Source: a phage. Taken from it: 64,000 nucleotides of DNA. The stretch lies in sequence record PZ476263.1; one strand, written 5' to 3'. Positions 56,176 through 64,000 of the stretch are shown here, piece by piece. The position numbers were made by a program, and so were the translations under genes. Below the pieces are notes generated by a model. The model made no database searches. It saw only the letters and a program-made list of their open reading frames with translations, and had not been told where the DNA came from. Numbering within the stretch: the first letter of the stretch is position 1; each line of letters begins with the position of its first letter.

Positions 56176-56423
56176 GCAAAAATTAAAGAAAGTACCTTAA
56201 CAACGACCTGTGGGAACAGGATGATATAATAAACCCCTAAAAGTAAGAAAGGGATAATCAATAACTTTGACTTTACACTGAAAGTTTTATTGAACAAAGA
56301 TTTAATCTGTTCGTAAGTATTGATGATTGTCTGATAATAGGCGGCAGATCCTGAAAAAATACCGATAAGAATCAGAACCATTACACTCGCATTTTCAGAA
56401 ATTGTAAAAATTGCATCGATCAT
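56172..56423 (-). CDS. small membrane protein
   Basis: 83 aa, two hydrophobic helices. Confidence 0.35.
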   Translation of the reverse strand: MIDAIFTISENASVMVLILIGIFSGSAAYYQTIINTYEQIKSLFNKTFSVKSKLLIIPFLLLGVYYIILFPQVVVKVLSLIFA

Positions 56424-56425
56424 TT

Positions 56426-56674
56426 TTATTCTCCTTGGTTAATGGTGGAAACTGAAATACGGGTTTTACCTGTGCTGTAAGATGTACTTACCTGTGCACT
56501 TGGACAATAGATTGCACGTAGTGCAGGACCTTGACCACGTACAACGTAAATCTCACAACCTTTTGCCACAAGCTCTGGAGGAAGAACATAGCTATCTGAT
56601 ACTTTTTCCGTTTGTCGGTCGTCACATGCACTAATCATAAACACTAATGCGATTACTGTCAACAACTTTTTCAT
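56426..56674 (-). CDS. putative lipoprotein
   Basis: Signal peptide with lipobox (MKKLLTVIALVFMISAC). Confidence 0.4.
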   Translation of the reverse strand: MKKLLTVIALVFMISACDDRQTEKVSDSYVLPPELVAKGCEIYVVRGQGPALRAIYCPSAQVSTSYSTGKTRISVSTINQGE

Positions 56675-57034
56675 TTAATCAACCCTCTTAAAGTAAACCC
56701 TAACCTTAACGACATCAAGAATCTTATTGCTATTCCCGCCGCAATTTTGTAGTCGACGACGTTTATCATCGGCTTCACTGTAGTCCCCAAATAAGTAAAA
56801 ATCTTTTCCAATTGTGGGGATATTATCCTGACCACGAATGGCTAATGCATATTTAATGCCGTCGCCTTCGATAAGTCCACGACTTACTTGTTTACTTACC
56901 CATTTCTCAAACTCCTTTGGTGTGGTGTCTTCAATCTCTTTGTAACCTTCCATTCCCCAAAGCTTATCCCAAAACTTGTCTTCAATCAAGATAATTTTAT
57001 CTTTTAATTTCTTAATGCTATTTTTAATCTTCAT
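56675..57034 (-). CDS. hypothetical protein
   Basis: 119-aa ORF. Confidence 0.4.
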   Translation of the reverse strand: MKIKNSIKKLKDKIILIEDKFWDKLWGMEGYKEIEDTTPKEFEKWVSKQVSRGLIEGDGIKYALAIRGQDNIPTIGKDFYLFGDYSEADDKRRRLQNCGGNSNKILDVVKVRVYFKRVD

Positions 57035-57491
57035 CTATAATTTTCATCCAACTTGGTTTAGAGAATCCCATCGCAAGAGTATCAATCTCTTGCTTAGCCT
57101 TTTGTTCTATTACATTTTGCAATACGATTTCGTTTGCCTCTGGTAAACTAGAATACGCTTCTCTGATTACCCTGTCAAACTTTTCCTTCATCTTTTTAAC
57201 TTCAACCTTAATTTCTACTTCGTCCATTGCATCTTTACAAACACAACAATGACCCTTAAAGTTTAATGTTGACCTGTCTTGTATTGGGAGTGCCACTCTC
57301 CCACAATAAGCACATACGGGAGTACCATAATCACCGATCATCACTGTTTTTGTGGGACGCAAACCAGTTTTAGTAGGGTTCCAGTCAGAAACCCAACCAT
57401 CTTTTCCATAAAGAGTGGAAAAGAAAGGGTATGCTCTTTCATCTACATGATCTTCATCTTTATTTTTCGTCTTTCCTAAGAATTTTATCAT
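57024..57491 (-). CDS. hypothetical Cys-rich (Zn-ribbon-like) protein
   Basis: 'CAYCGR...CCVCKD'; start set at the ATG with SD GAGGA, since the track start is a TTG inside the promoter. Confidence 0.4.
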   Translation of the reverse strand: MIKFLGKTKNKDEDHVDERAYPFFSTLYGKDGWVSDWNPTKTGLRPTKTVMIGDYGTPVCAYCGRVALPIQDRSTLNFKGHCCVCKDAMDEVEIKVEVKKMKEKFDRVIREAYSSLPEANEIVLQNVIEQKAKQEIDTLAMGFSKPSWMKIIDED

Positions 57492-57520
57492 CTTCGTATC
57501 CTCGTCGTTTTGATGATTCA

Positions 57521-57549
57521 AATTTACGAGAACTTGAGGGAGAAGTCAA
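57521..57549 (-). promoter_or_regulatory. sigma70-like promoter, first of the leftward early unit
   Basis: TTGACT-N17-TAAATT on minus strand, in the divergent intergenic region. Confidence 0.4.
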
Positions 57550-57612
57550 TACTTGATTTTCATTTATTTTGTGATATTCTTCTCTCAACTTAAACGAGAA
57601 GGAGAGTAATAG

Positions 57613-58143
57613 ATGAAAAAAGATAAAGAGCTTGCAATTGCAATCAGTCTTGCAGCACATCACCACGTTGATCAAACAGATAAAGGAGGTAACGTATACA
57701 TCCTTCACCCTTTGGAAGTTATGAATACTCTAGCAAGTCGTGGTGATTATCATCTTATGGCTGCTGGTGTTCTTCACGACATTCTGGAGGATTGCCCTGT
57801 TACTGAACAAGATTTATTGGACGCAGGGATTAGTATAAAGACAGTAAGAACAGTGAAGAAAGTTACAAAGGTTAAGGGTCAGAAACCTCGGGACTATCTC
57901 TTAGGTATCTTGTATGACATTAACGCTTCAAAAGTTAAGTTGGCAGATCTTAAGCATAACTTGGATCTTCTACGTGTTCGTGAAATCGACGAGAAAGCAG
58001 TAAAAAGAATTAAAAAATATGTTGACATGTATACCGTAATAGAGCAATCTATTGCCTGGCAACAAAAGAACTTTGAAGATTCGGATTCTTACTATAATGC
58101 AAGAGATGAGTATCTGGAGGAGTTAATCAAAATACTGAAATAA
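57613..58143 (+). CDS. HD-domain protein of the RelA/SpoT hydrolase type (putative small alarmone hydrolase)
   Basis: 'LAAHHHVDQTDKGGNVYILHPLEV...AAGVLHDILEDCPV' matches the (p)ppGpp-hydrolase HD signature. Confidence 0.55.
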   Translation: MKKDKELAIAISLAAHHHVDQTDKGGNVYILHPLEVMNTLASRGDYHLMAAGVLHDILEDCPVTEQDLLDAGISIKTVRTVKKVTKVKGQKPRDYLLGILYDINASKVKLADLKHNLDLLRVREIDEKAVKRIKKYVDMYTVIEQSIAWQQKNFEDSDSYYNARDEYLEELIKILK

Positions 58144-58159
58144 ATTATTAAAAAAGTTA

Positions 58160-58188
58160 TTGACACGATAAACAAAACGCTCCATAAT
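58160..58188 (+). promoter_or_regulatory. sigma70-like promoter
   Basis: TTGACA-N17-CATAAT upstream of the AAA+ gene. Confidence 0.5.
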
Positions 58189-58220
58189 GAGCACATCAAC
58201 TAAACGAAAGGAGAAACAAA

Positions 58221-59450
58221 ATGCAAGCAACTTATCAACGTATGGACCAGAGCATGTTCAAAAAACGTATCAGCATTCGTCATATGGAAGCGCTTATTCG
58301 CTTGGGTGCATCGATTGGTAAAACTGTGTTCTTTTATGGCGGCGCTGGTCTGGGTAAATCCGAGAAAGTTCGTCAGATCGCAGACGCAATGTTCCCAAAT
58401 CGCGTAGGTAATAACCTCTGTGATGTTCGTCTGTCCGATAAAGAACCACAAGACGTTGCAGGTATTCCGATCCCTGTTACCTTGATTGATGAGAAAACTG
58501 GTAAAGAAGTTACTCGTACCGTTTATGCTGTACCAAACTTCTGGCCTACCGATCCTGATTGGCAGGGTATTGTTTTCCTTGATGAACTGCCTAACGCCCC
58601 GCTGGGTACTCAGCACTCGGCATATCAGGTAATTCTGGATCACGTTGCAGGTGAGCATAAATTCCCTGAAGGCTGCGTGTTTGTAGGTGCGGGTAACCGT
58701 GATACCGATGGTGCAGGTACTACCACAATGCCAGGTCCATTGGTTAACCGTATGATCTTGGCAGAAATTGATTATAACTTGGATGTTTGGATTGAAGATT
58801 ATGCGATTCCTTATCGTTTACATCCGAACGTAATTGGTTTCCTCAAGCAATTCCCTGAACATTTTTACACAGGGGATGTTGAGAACCGAAGCACTCAGGT
58901 ATTCGCTTCGCCTCGCCAATGGAAAACTGTTTCAGATATCCTTTATAAATATGATCAAGGAACTATGTCTGAATTTATCGCAGAGGTGGCGATTGCAGGT
59001 ACAGTTGGCGAAGGTCTTGAAGTTCAAGTATTGGCTTATCATATGCGTACTAAAGAACTTCCGGCGATTGAAGACATTTTCAGCGGTAAAACTAAAGAGC
59101 ATAAGTTGGATCGTAGTAAAAACGACCTGGTTTATGTATTGGCACAGACTGGTCTTCGTAAGATGGAAGATGAAGTCATGGATAATGAGATTAAGGATGA
59201 AGATTTCCTGGAGCGTTCAGGTAACTTCTTAACCTTTATGTACAATAACTATTACGATAACAACAAGGATACTCTGATTGCGATGATCTTGGGTGTATTC
59301 CGTGGTCCAAATGACAAGCCGTCCATTTTGACTGTTAACCCTCGTCGTCAGAAGATGATCCCGATGATGCGTAAGACTTGTCCGACCATCTCAGCTGTTG
59401 TTATGGAGTACATGACTCGTTATGGTCAACTGATTAAAGATTTTGAATAA
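58221..59450 (+). CDS. AAA+ ATPase, MoxR/CobS-like
   Basis: Walker A 'GGAGLGKSE', Walker B 'IVFLDELPNA'; followed by a VWA-domain gene. Confidence 0.55.
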   Translation: MQATYQRMDQSMFKKRISIRHMEALIRLGASIGKTVFFYGGAGLGKSEKVRQIADAMFPNRVGNNLCDVRLSDKEPQDVAGIPIPVTLIDEKTGKEVTRTVYAVPNFWPTDPDWQGIVFLDELPNAPLGTQHSAYQVILDHVAGEHKFPEGCVFVGAGNRDTDGAGTTTMPGPLVNRMILAEIDYNLDVWIEDYAIPYRLHPNVIGFLKQFPEHFYTGDVENRSTQVFASPRQWKTVSDILYKYDQGTMSEFIAEVAIAGTVGEGLEVQVLAYHMRTKELPAIEDIFSGKTKEHKLDRSKNDLVYVLAQTGLRKMEDEVMDNEIKDEDFLERSGNFLTFMYNNYYDNNKDTLIAMILGVFRGPNDKPSILTVNPRRQKMIPMMRKTCPTISAVVMEYMTRYGQLIKDFE

Positions 59451-59455
59451 AATCG

Positions 59456-59484
59456 TTGACAACAAAATCTAACTGACTTATTAT
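59456..59484 (+). promoter_or_regulatory. sigma70-like promoter
   Basis: TTGACA-N17-TATTAT. Confidence 0.5.
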
Positions 59485-59496
59485 AGGGGCATCTCG

Positions 59497-59517
59497 AAAG
59501 GGGTGTCCCTTTTTAAT
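59497..59517 (+). terminator. terminator-like hairpin between promoter and start codon
   Basis: AAAGGG-GTGT-CCCTTT followed by TTT, located between the -10 and the SD of the VWA gene. Confidence 0.35.
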
Positions 59518-59532
59518 ACCGGAGGATATGTA

Positions 59533-61050
59533 ATGATTGACCAAAAAGAAAAAGATATGATTCAACAACAAGACTCAGAAGCTGTTCGTATTATCGAGGC
59601 AGCAAGCCTTCAGTTGATGCGATTTAAACCGTTTTACGGAGTCATGCTGTCATCCATGCCCGTTAAGAACGGTACTTCATGGTGCTCCACAATGGCAACT
59701 GATGGTCGTAACCTCTATTATCATCCAGAATTTATCGCAGGGATGACAGATGAGCGTAAACAGTTAGTTCTTTCACGCCTGAAAGCTTCTGTGAGCGATC
59801 CTCAGCGCCTTAAAGAACTTACCCTGTACATCGAGTCATTTTATCGTCGTAAGACCGCCAGAGAGGTCGCTCTTATCCTTGAGCACGAATGTGACCACGT
59901 AGTTTCTGATCACGCCAGTCGTGGGAAAGGTTTTAATCACGAGCTTTACAATATTGCTGCGGATCATCGTATCAATACAACGGCAGTCCTGATCCATCAA
60001 AAAGGTGATGCATTAGGTAAGGCTTGGTTCCCTCAGGGTGAAAAGACAGTATTTGATCCGTTGCAAGAGTTTGGTTTTATGCATTGGGCTTATTGTGATT
60101 TCAAATTCAAAGATATGTATACAGAGCAGATCTATGAAATTTTGAACAAAGAAGAAAATGAGAAAGATAAATCTGATGGGAAAGGAAATGGATCGGGTAA
60201 CGGTGGGCCGGATGGCGATCTGAAAGGTGTTGACCAACACACAGATGAAAACGGTGATCCTGATGATGGTAATAATGATGTTGAAGATGCATTAGGTATC
60301 GACAAGAAAAGCAAACCAAAGCAGACAGCCGAAGAGCGTCAATATAACGATGGTGTAATGCGTCGAGCTATTGAGAATGCTGTTCAGGCGGCGGGTTCTG
60401 GTGCGCCGGAAGATGCTCGTCTCTTTGTTGAAGCTGACGGTAAGCCAAAGATTAACTACCTTCGTTTGCTTCGTCGTACTATTGAGCGTTTATTTAAACA
60501 GGATGTGTCTTATCGTCGTTTATCTCGTCGTAGTCACTCTTTGACTCGTACATTGCGTGGTGCTGGTTATATTAGTTCTCGACAAACTGTTGGTTTACCT
60601 TCTCACAACAAGCAGAAGACTATTCGTGCGGGTGTTTTCTTTGATGTGTCGGGTTCTTTTAACGATGAACTTCTTAAGCCAACAATGCGAGAGATCAGGG
60701 GTCTTTGTAATCTTTATGATGAGTTTGAAGTTACAATGGCCTGTTGGTCAACTAAGGTTGGTAACATAGAAACTTACACCAAAAAGAATATTAAGGACAT
60801 GGCTAACTATAAGATTAAGACTACTTTTGGTACGGACGTATCTTGTGTCTTTGAAGAGCTAGATAAGATGGAAAATCCTATGGATCAGATCATTATCTAT
60901 ACGGATGGTTACTTCTCTGATGTTTCTCAAACAAAAGATTGGGCCAAAAAGTATGGTAAGAATGTTCTTTGGATCATCCTTGGTCGTGGAGGAAATTCTT
61001 TCAAACCTCCATTCGGCAACGCGATTGATTTTGATAAGTACGTTAAGTAA
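59533..61050 (+). CDS. VWA-domain protein with N-terminal HExxH motif
   Basis: ATG with SD GGAGGA. 'LEHECDHVV' (HExxH), acidic Gly/Asp-rich linker, MIDAS-like 'FFDVSGSF'. Confidence 0.55.
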   Translation: MIDQKEKDMIQQQDSEAVRIIEAASLQLMRFKPFYGVMLSSMPVKNGTSWCSTMATDGRNLYYHPEFIAGMTDERKQLVLSRLKASVSDPQRLKELTLYIESFYRRKTAREVALILEHECDHVVSDHASRGKGFNHELYNIAADHRINTTAVLIHQKGDALGKAWFPQGEKTVFDPLQEFGFMHWAYCDFKFKDMYTEQIYEILNKEENEKDKSDGKGNGSGNGGPDGDLKGVDQHTDENGDPDDGNNDVEDALGIDKKSKPKQTAEERQYNDGVMRRAIENAVQAAGSGAPEDARLFVEADGKPKINYLRLLRRTIERLFKQDVSYRRLSRRSHSLTRTLRGAGYISSRQTVGLPSHNKQKTIRAGVFFDVSGSFNDELLKPTMREIRGLCNLYDEFEVTMACWSTKVGNIETYTKKNIKDMANYKIKTTFGTDVSCVFEELDKMENPMDQIIIYTDGYFSDVSQTKDWAKKYGKNVLWIILGRGGNSFKPPFGNAIDFDKYVK

Positions 61051-61059
61051 GGAGGTATC

Positions 61060-61431
61060 TTGGACCAGTACGGTACTAAACACAGTATCCTTCGTAAAGG
61101 AGGACACCTCACTGTGTTCTCTATGGATCCCAAAGGGAATTTTAAATCAGAATGGATAATAACTTACAACGGCAAGGGTTTTAAAATGACAAGGTACACT
61201 TACCCTAGTTTTATTAGAAAAGATATTGTCAGCGAAGATACATTCTTGTATCCTGATAAGCTTAAGGATGAGGATATTGATTTTATCGAGGCACTCTTAG
61301 GGACACTAACTGATCAAGAGAGATCTTTGATTAAGCTTTGTTCCTTACTTGTTGCAAAATGGGCGGCGGGTCATTCAGAAGAAGATTTGTTAACAACGAC
61401 TAACAACGTAGTTAAGAGTTGGTCTAACTAA
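61060..61431 (+). CDS. hypothetical protein
   Basis: TTG start with SD AAGGAGG right after the VWA gene stop. Confidence 0.4.
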   Translation: MDQYGTKHSILRKGGHLTVFSMDPKGNFKSEWIITYNGKGFKMTRYTYPSFIRKDIVSEDTFLYPDKLKDEDIDFIEALLGTLTDQERSLIKLCSLLVAKWAAGHSEEDLLTTTNNVVKSWSN

Positions 61432-61530
61432 CAACATTCTCTTTATGCCCGTTTAGGCATACAATACTATATTAGATAATAAAACCCCTCGCTACGCTCA
61501 CCATTCTGGCCCTGGGGTTTTATATATCTA

Positions 61531-61577
61531 TTAAAAAATTAACCACACTCACATCCGTTCGGTACTTAATTTTTTAA
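61531..61577. repeat. 12-bp perfect AT-rich inverted repeat
   Basis: TTAAAAAATTAA ... TTAATTTTTTAA flanking a 23-bp core, upstream of the promoter at 61595. Confidence 0.45.
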
Positions 61578-61594
61578 GTTTTCCCAAAATTGTG

Positions 61595-61623
61595 TTGACA
61601 CACAAACATACTGAAGATATAGT
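61595..61623 (+). promoter_or_regulatory. sigma70-like promoter
   Basis: TTGACA-N17-TATAGT. Confidence 0.5.
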
Positions 61624-61640
61624 GAGTTAAAGGAAAAGAT

Positions 61641-61775
61641 ATGAATGTTAATGATTTATATAGTAAACTATCCAAAAGGTTCTTTACTTTCTATGGATTG
61701 ATGTTGATTGGTTTAGTTATGTTCTTAGTTGGATCTGTAGGTAAGTTGATCTTAAAATTGTTGGAGGTAATATGA
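61641..61775 (+). CDS. small membrane protein (44 aa), not in ORF track
   Basis: ATG after SD AAAGGAAAAG; one hydrophobic helix; ATGA overlap with next ORF. Confidence 0.3.
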   Translation: MNVNDLYSKLSKRFFTFYGLMLIGLVMFLVGSVGKLILKLLEVI

Positions 61776-61891
61776 TCACAGTTACAAACATGAAGTGGTG
61801 GGCATTAGCTCAAGTGGCTAATGATCAAGATGGTGGTGATGGTAAACGTGCAGTGGCACAGATCTATGTGTATGGTAAAGGAGGTAACTGA
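61772..61891 (+). CDS. small protein (39 aa), not in ORF track
   Basis: SD GGAGGT; stop overlaps next ATG (TGATG). Confidence 0.25.
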   Translation: MITVTNMKWWALAQVANDQDGGDGKRAVAQIYVYGKGGN

Positions 61892-62262
61892 TGTTGGAAT
61901 TTATTAATAATCTTGATTGGTATTTAGTAGCTTTAGTGGTTGTATACCTTATTTGTGTACCTTTGGTGTTATTCAACTTTGTGGACCTACTGGCCCTAGA
62001 TGATAAATCTGAAACTGCCACTTTTGGTGATCATCTAATGGCGATAGTTTGTGTATTGTCTGCACCCTTGGCACTGCTGTGCTTCTATTTTGTGGCCTTT
62101 GCTTTCTATTTCCCAAAAAGCAAATATGGGAAAAAGTACATTGCATGGAAGATTGAACGAAAACTACGTCGTAAGAAGATTATTAGTCCACTTGATTGGG
62201 CAGTGACCAAACGCCGCATTAGCCGAAAGGAGAAGAGAGATGAAACAGATAACCAAGTTTAA
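61891..62262 (+). CDS. membrane protein
   Basis: 123 aa, two hydrophobic helices, basic C-terminus. Confidence 0.4.
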   Translation: MLEFINNLDWYLVALVVVYLICVPLVLFNFVDLLALDDKSETATFGDHLMAIVCVLSAPLALLCFYFVAFAFYFPKSKYGKKYIAWKIERKLRRKKIISPLDWAVTKRRISRKEKRDETDNQV

Positions 62263-62392
62263 GTGGAAGTTTTGGGAGTACACTCTGATCATTGCTGGTT
62301 GGTTATTTGGCTATGGTCATGAAGTGTATTACAATGTGAAACATAAGAGAAATATGGCTTACATTCGTCATGTCTTCCACAAAAGAGGTTAA
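62240..62392 (+). CDS. small membrane protein (50 aa), not in ORF track
   Basis: ATG inside the upstream gene's 3' end; one hydrophobic helix. Confidence 0.25.
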   Translation: MKQITKFKWKFWEYTLIIAGWLFGYGHEVYYNVKHKRNMAYIRHVFHKRG

Positions 62393-62393
62393 G

Positions 62394-62921
62394 ATGAAAA
62401 TTGAAAGATCAATGGTTGAGAAGATTACCATCATGGGTCTTAAGAATTACACACCTATCACGGTGATTGTTGAAAATGGAGAGACGGAAGAGCAAGCGAA
62501 CATTAAAATATCTTGCTTTGGTGAAACTTGGTCACACTATTGGGGCAGTATGGGGTCATCGATTGGGGACTTCTTTAATCGTTGCGATAACGATTATCTG
62601 ATCTCTAAGTTAACCAATATCCCTCAAAAAGAAGAGGACTTGTTCCTTGATTGGAAAGTTATGCGTGATATTGTGCTAAAGGCAAGACGTAGACGAGAAA
62701 TTTCAGAGACAGATGCAAGACAGGCTTATTACTACATTTTATTTTATAAACCTGATCGTCATGAATTTGGAAATGGGTTGCCAGACGACCTTCAGCCTAT
62801 TGAAGAGTTGAGAGAATACTGGTATATTGACTGGCCTATGCGAGATAACCCGAAGTACAACTACATTTATGGGATCATTGATGCAGTACGAATTGCATTG
62901 AATACTGAAAAAGGTTGTTGA
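62394..62921 (+). CDS. hypothetical protein
   Basis: Start at the ATG with SD AAGAGG; the track start at 62370 lacks an SD. Confidence 0.4.
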   Translation: MKIERSMVEKITIMGLKNYTPITVIVENGETEEQANIKISCFGETWSHYWGSMGSSIGDFFNRCDNDYLISKLTNIPQKEEDLFLDWKVMRDIVLKARRRREISETDARQAYYYILFYKPDRHEFGNGLPDDLQPIEELREYWYIDWPMRDNPKYNYIYGIIDAVRIALNTEKGC

Positions 62922-62946
62922 CAACACCACATGGGTGCAGTAAGAT
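62918..62946 (+). promoter_or_regulatory. sigma70-like promoter with -10 inside an inverted repeat
   Basis: TTGACA-N17-TAAGAT; ATGGGT ... ACCCAT flanks the -10. Confidence 0.45.
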
Positions 62947-62976
62947 GTACCCATCAAGACAGAAGAGGGAAACAAA

Positions 62977-63657
62977 ATGAGTCATCTTATCGCAAAAATT
63001 AAACCAAACAAACTGGAAGAATTTCTTAAACGTGATTCTGCAAATAAATCTATTTATCATTCTTTGGGTGATAAATTTAAAATTAAACCTGCCAATTCAA
63101 GATGCCGAACAGCGGCCCCTGTACTTTTACCTCAGTATGGGTTCAGTGCAGAAGAAATTGAATATTTCATGAATGTAGTCCCAGATGAAAAATGTGAAGG
63201 GTTTGAATTTAAAGTTGTGTACACTGGAAATAAGGAACGGATGTCTTCTTACCTTGGAAGTTTGTTTGACGGAAAAGAGTTGGATTTTGAATTCACTGTT
63301 GAATTGAAATCCCTGAAATATGGCAGTACAGGAGAATTGGCTTGGTATTTTAAAGACCATCGGATTGACTTTTGTTTAAGTCATGGAGCATTTATTAAAG
63401 ATTTTTCCTTGACTTTAGATTCTGTTTTGGCATACTTAAAACATGTTCAAGAGAAACAAGACGCGGCAAATAAGAAACTAGAGGAGAGTCGAATGAATCC
63501 TAAGAATATTGCATCTCAACGCTACAACGGTTCTACAGTGCAGAGCATCCCTCTTGAGCTAGTAGTGGAAAAGAAAGTTGTAATCCATGATCTTGAAATC
63601 ACTAAACAAAACATTCAAGAAGTTTTTAAGAAAATCTCAAAAATGTTGGAGGACTGA
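62977..63657 (+). CDS. hypothetical protein
   Basis: 226-aa ORF. Confidence 0.45.
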   Translation: MSHLIAKIKPNKLEEFLKRDSANKSIYHSLGDKFKIKPANSRCRTAAPVLLPQYGFSAEEIEYFMNVVPDEKCEGFEFKVVYTGNKERMSSYLGSLFDGKELDFEFTVELKSLKYGSTGELAWYFKDHRIDFCLSHGAFIKDFSLTLDSVLAYLKHVQEKQDAANKKLEESRMNPKNIASQRYNGSTVQSIPLELVVEKKVVIHDLEITKQNIQEVFKKISKMLED

Positions 63658-63659
63658 TT

Positions 63660-63962
63660 ATGAACATTGATGTAGATATTGAAAAACTTTCTCAGGTATT
63701 TGCTGTTCGTGAAAAAATTGCGGTTGACTTTGAGTTTGAAGAAGATGGTCATAAAGACCTTGATTGGTCAAAACTGGAAAAGGATTTCTTAGATGATTTT
63801 CATGACCAAAGTTTTTCAGAGTTTGTTGAAATTACAGGGGATGATTCGGTATGGATGACCTTCTATATGGAAGCTGAAATTGATAATAAGTCTCACTTCC
63901 TTCAAGCACTGGCTTGGATCGAGGCTTACCAACAAGTTATTAATTTAAATATCGTTCGATAA
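63660..63962 (+). CDS. hypothetical acidic protein
   Basis: 100-aa ORF. Confidence 0.4.
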   Translation: MNIDVDIEKLSQVFAVREKIAVDFEFEEDGHKDLDWSKLEKDFLDDFHDQSFSEFVEITGDDSVWMTFYMEAEIDNKSHFLQALAWIEAYQQVINLNIVR

Positions 63963-63972
63963 GGGGGCTTAT

Positions 63973-63999
63973 ATGAGTACGAAGGACGTAAAATTTTAT
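63973..63999 (+). CDS. hypothetical protein, 5' end only
   Basis: ATG after SD AAGGGGG; runs off the window. Confidence 0.2.
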
Positions 64000-64000
64000 A

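Noticed and set aside
61444-61525. Possible tRNA or small RNA in the 61.44-61.53 kb intergenic region
   Set aside because: Two hairpins are present but I could not fit a cloverleaf with acceptor, anticodon and T arms; more likely terminator or regulatory structures.

Overview
This window reads as part of a virulent, tailed dsDNA phage genome with three blocks. (1) Positions 1-26.8 kb, plus strand: a late structural module. It holds three collagen-like (Gly-X-Y) fibre proteins, a probable neck region, then a contractile-tail set in the usual order (sheath, tube, chaperone, tape measure, baseplate proteins, collar-domain tail fibre, fibre assembly protein, a 1077-aa repeat-rich fibre). A small membrane-protein cluster sits inside the fibre module. 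(2) Positions 26.8-57.5 kb, minus strand: an early/replication module of about 70 mostly small genes. Recognisable products are an SSB-like protein, a family A DNA polymerase interrupted by a group I intron carrying a GIY-YIG homing endonuclease, a TOPRIM/DnaB-type primase-helicase, a Dda/Pif1-like helicase, a methyltransferase-like protein, and a frameshifted SleB-type cell-wall hydrolase. It also contains a tandem array of 11 paralogous 60-75 aa ORFs, which I consider the best candidate for an undescribed system. (3) Positions 57.6-64 kb, plus strand: a second early block with an HD-domain alarmone-hydrolase-like gene, a MoxR/CobS-like AAA+ ATPase and a VWA protein with an HExxH motif, then small membrane proteins. 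Early genes are preceded by near-consensus TTGACA-N16-18-TATAAT-like promoters, several with the -10 inside a short inverted repeat; late genes lack these and are punctuated by GC-stem/UUCG-loop terminators. No tRNA, rRNA, CRISPR array or integrase was recognised. All functional calls rest on motif recognition and gene order by eye, with no database search, and small element coordinates may be off by 1-3 nt.
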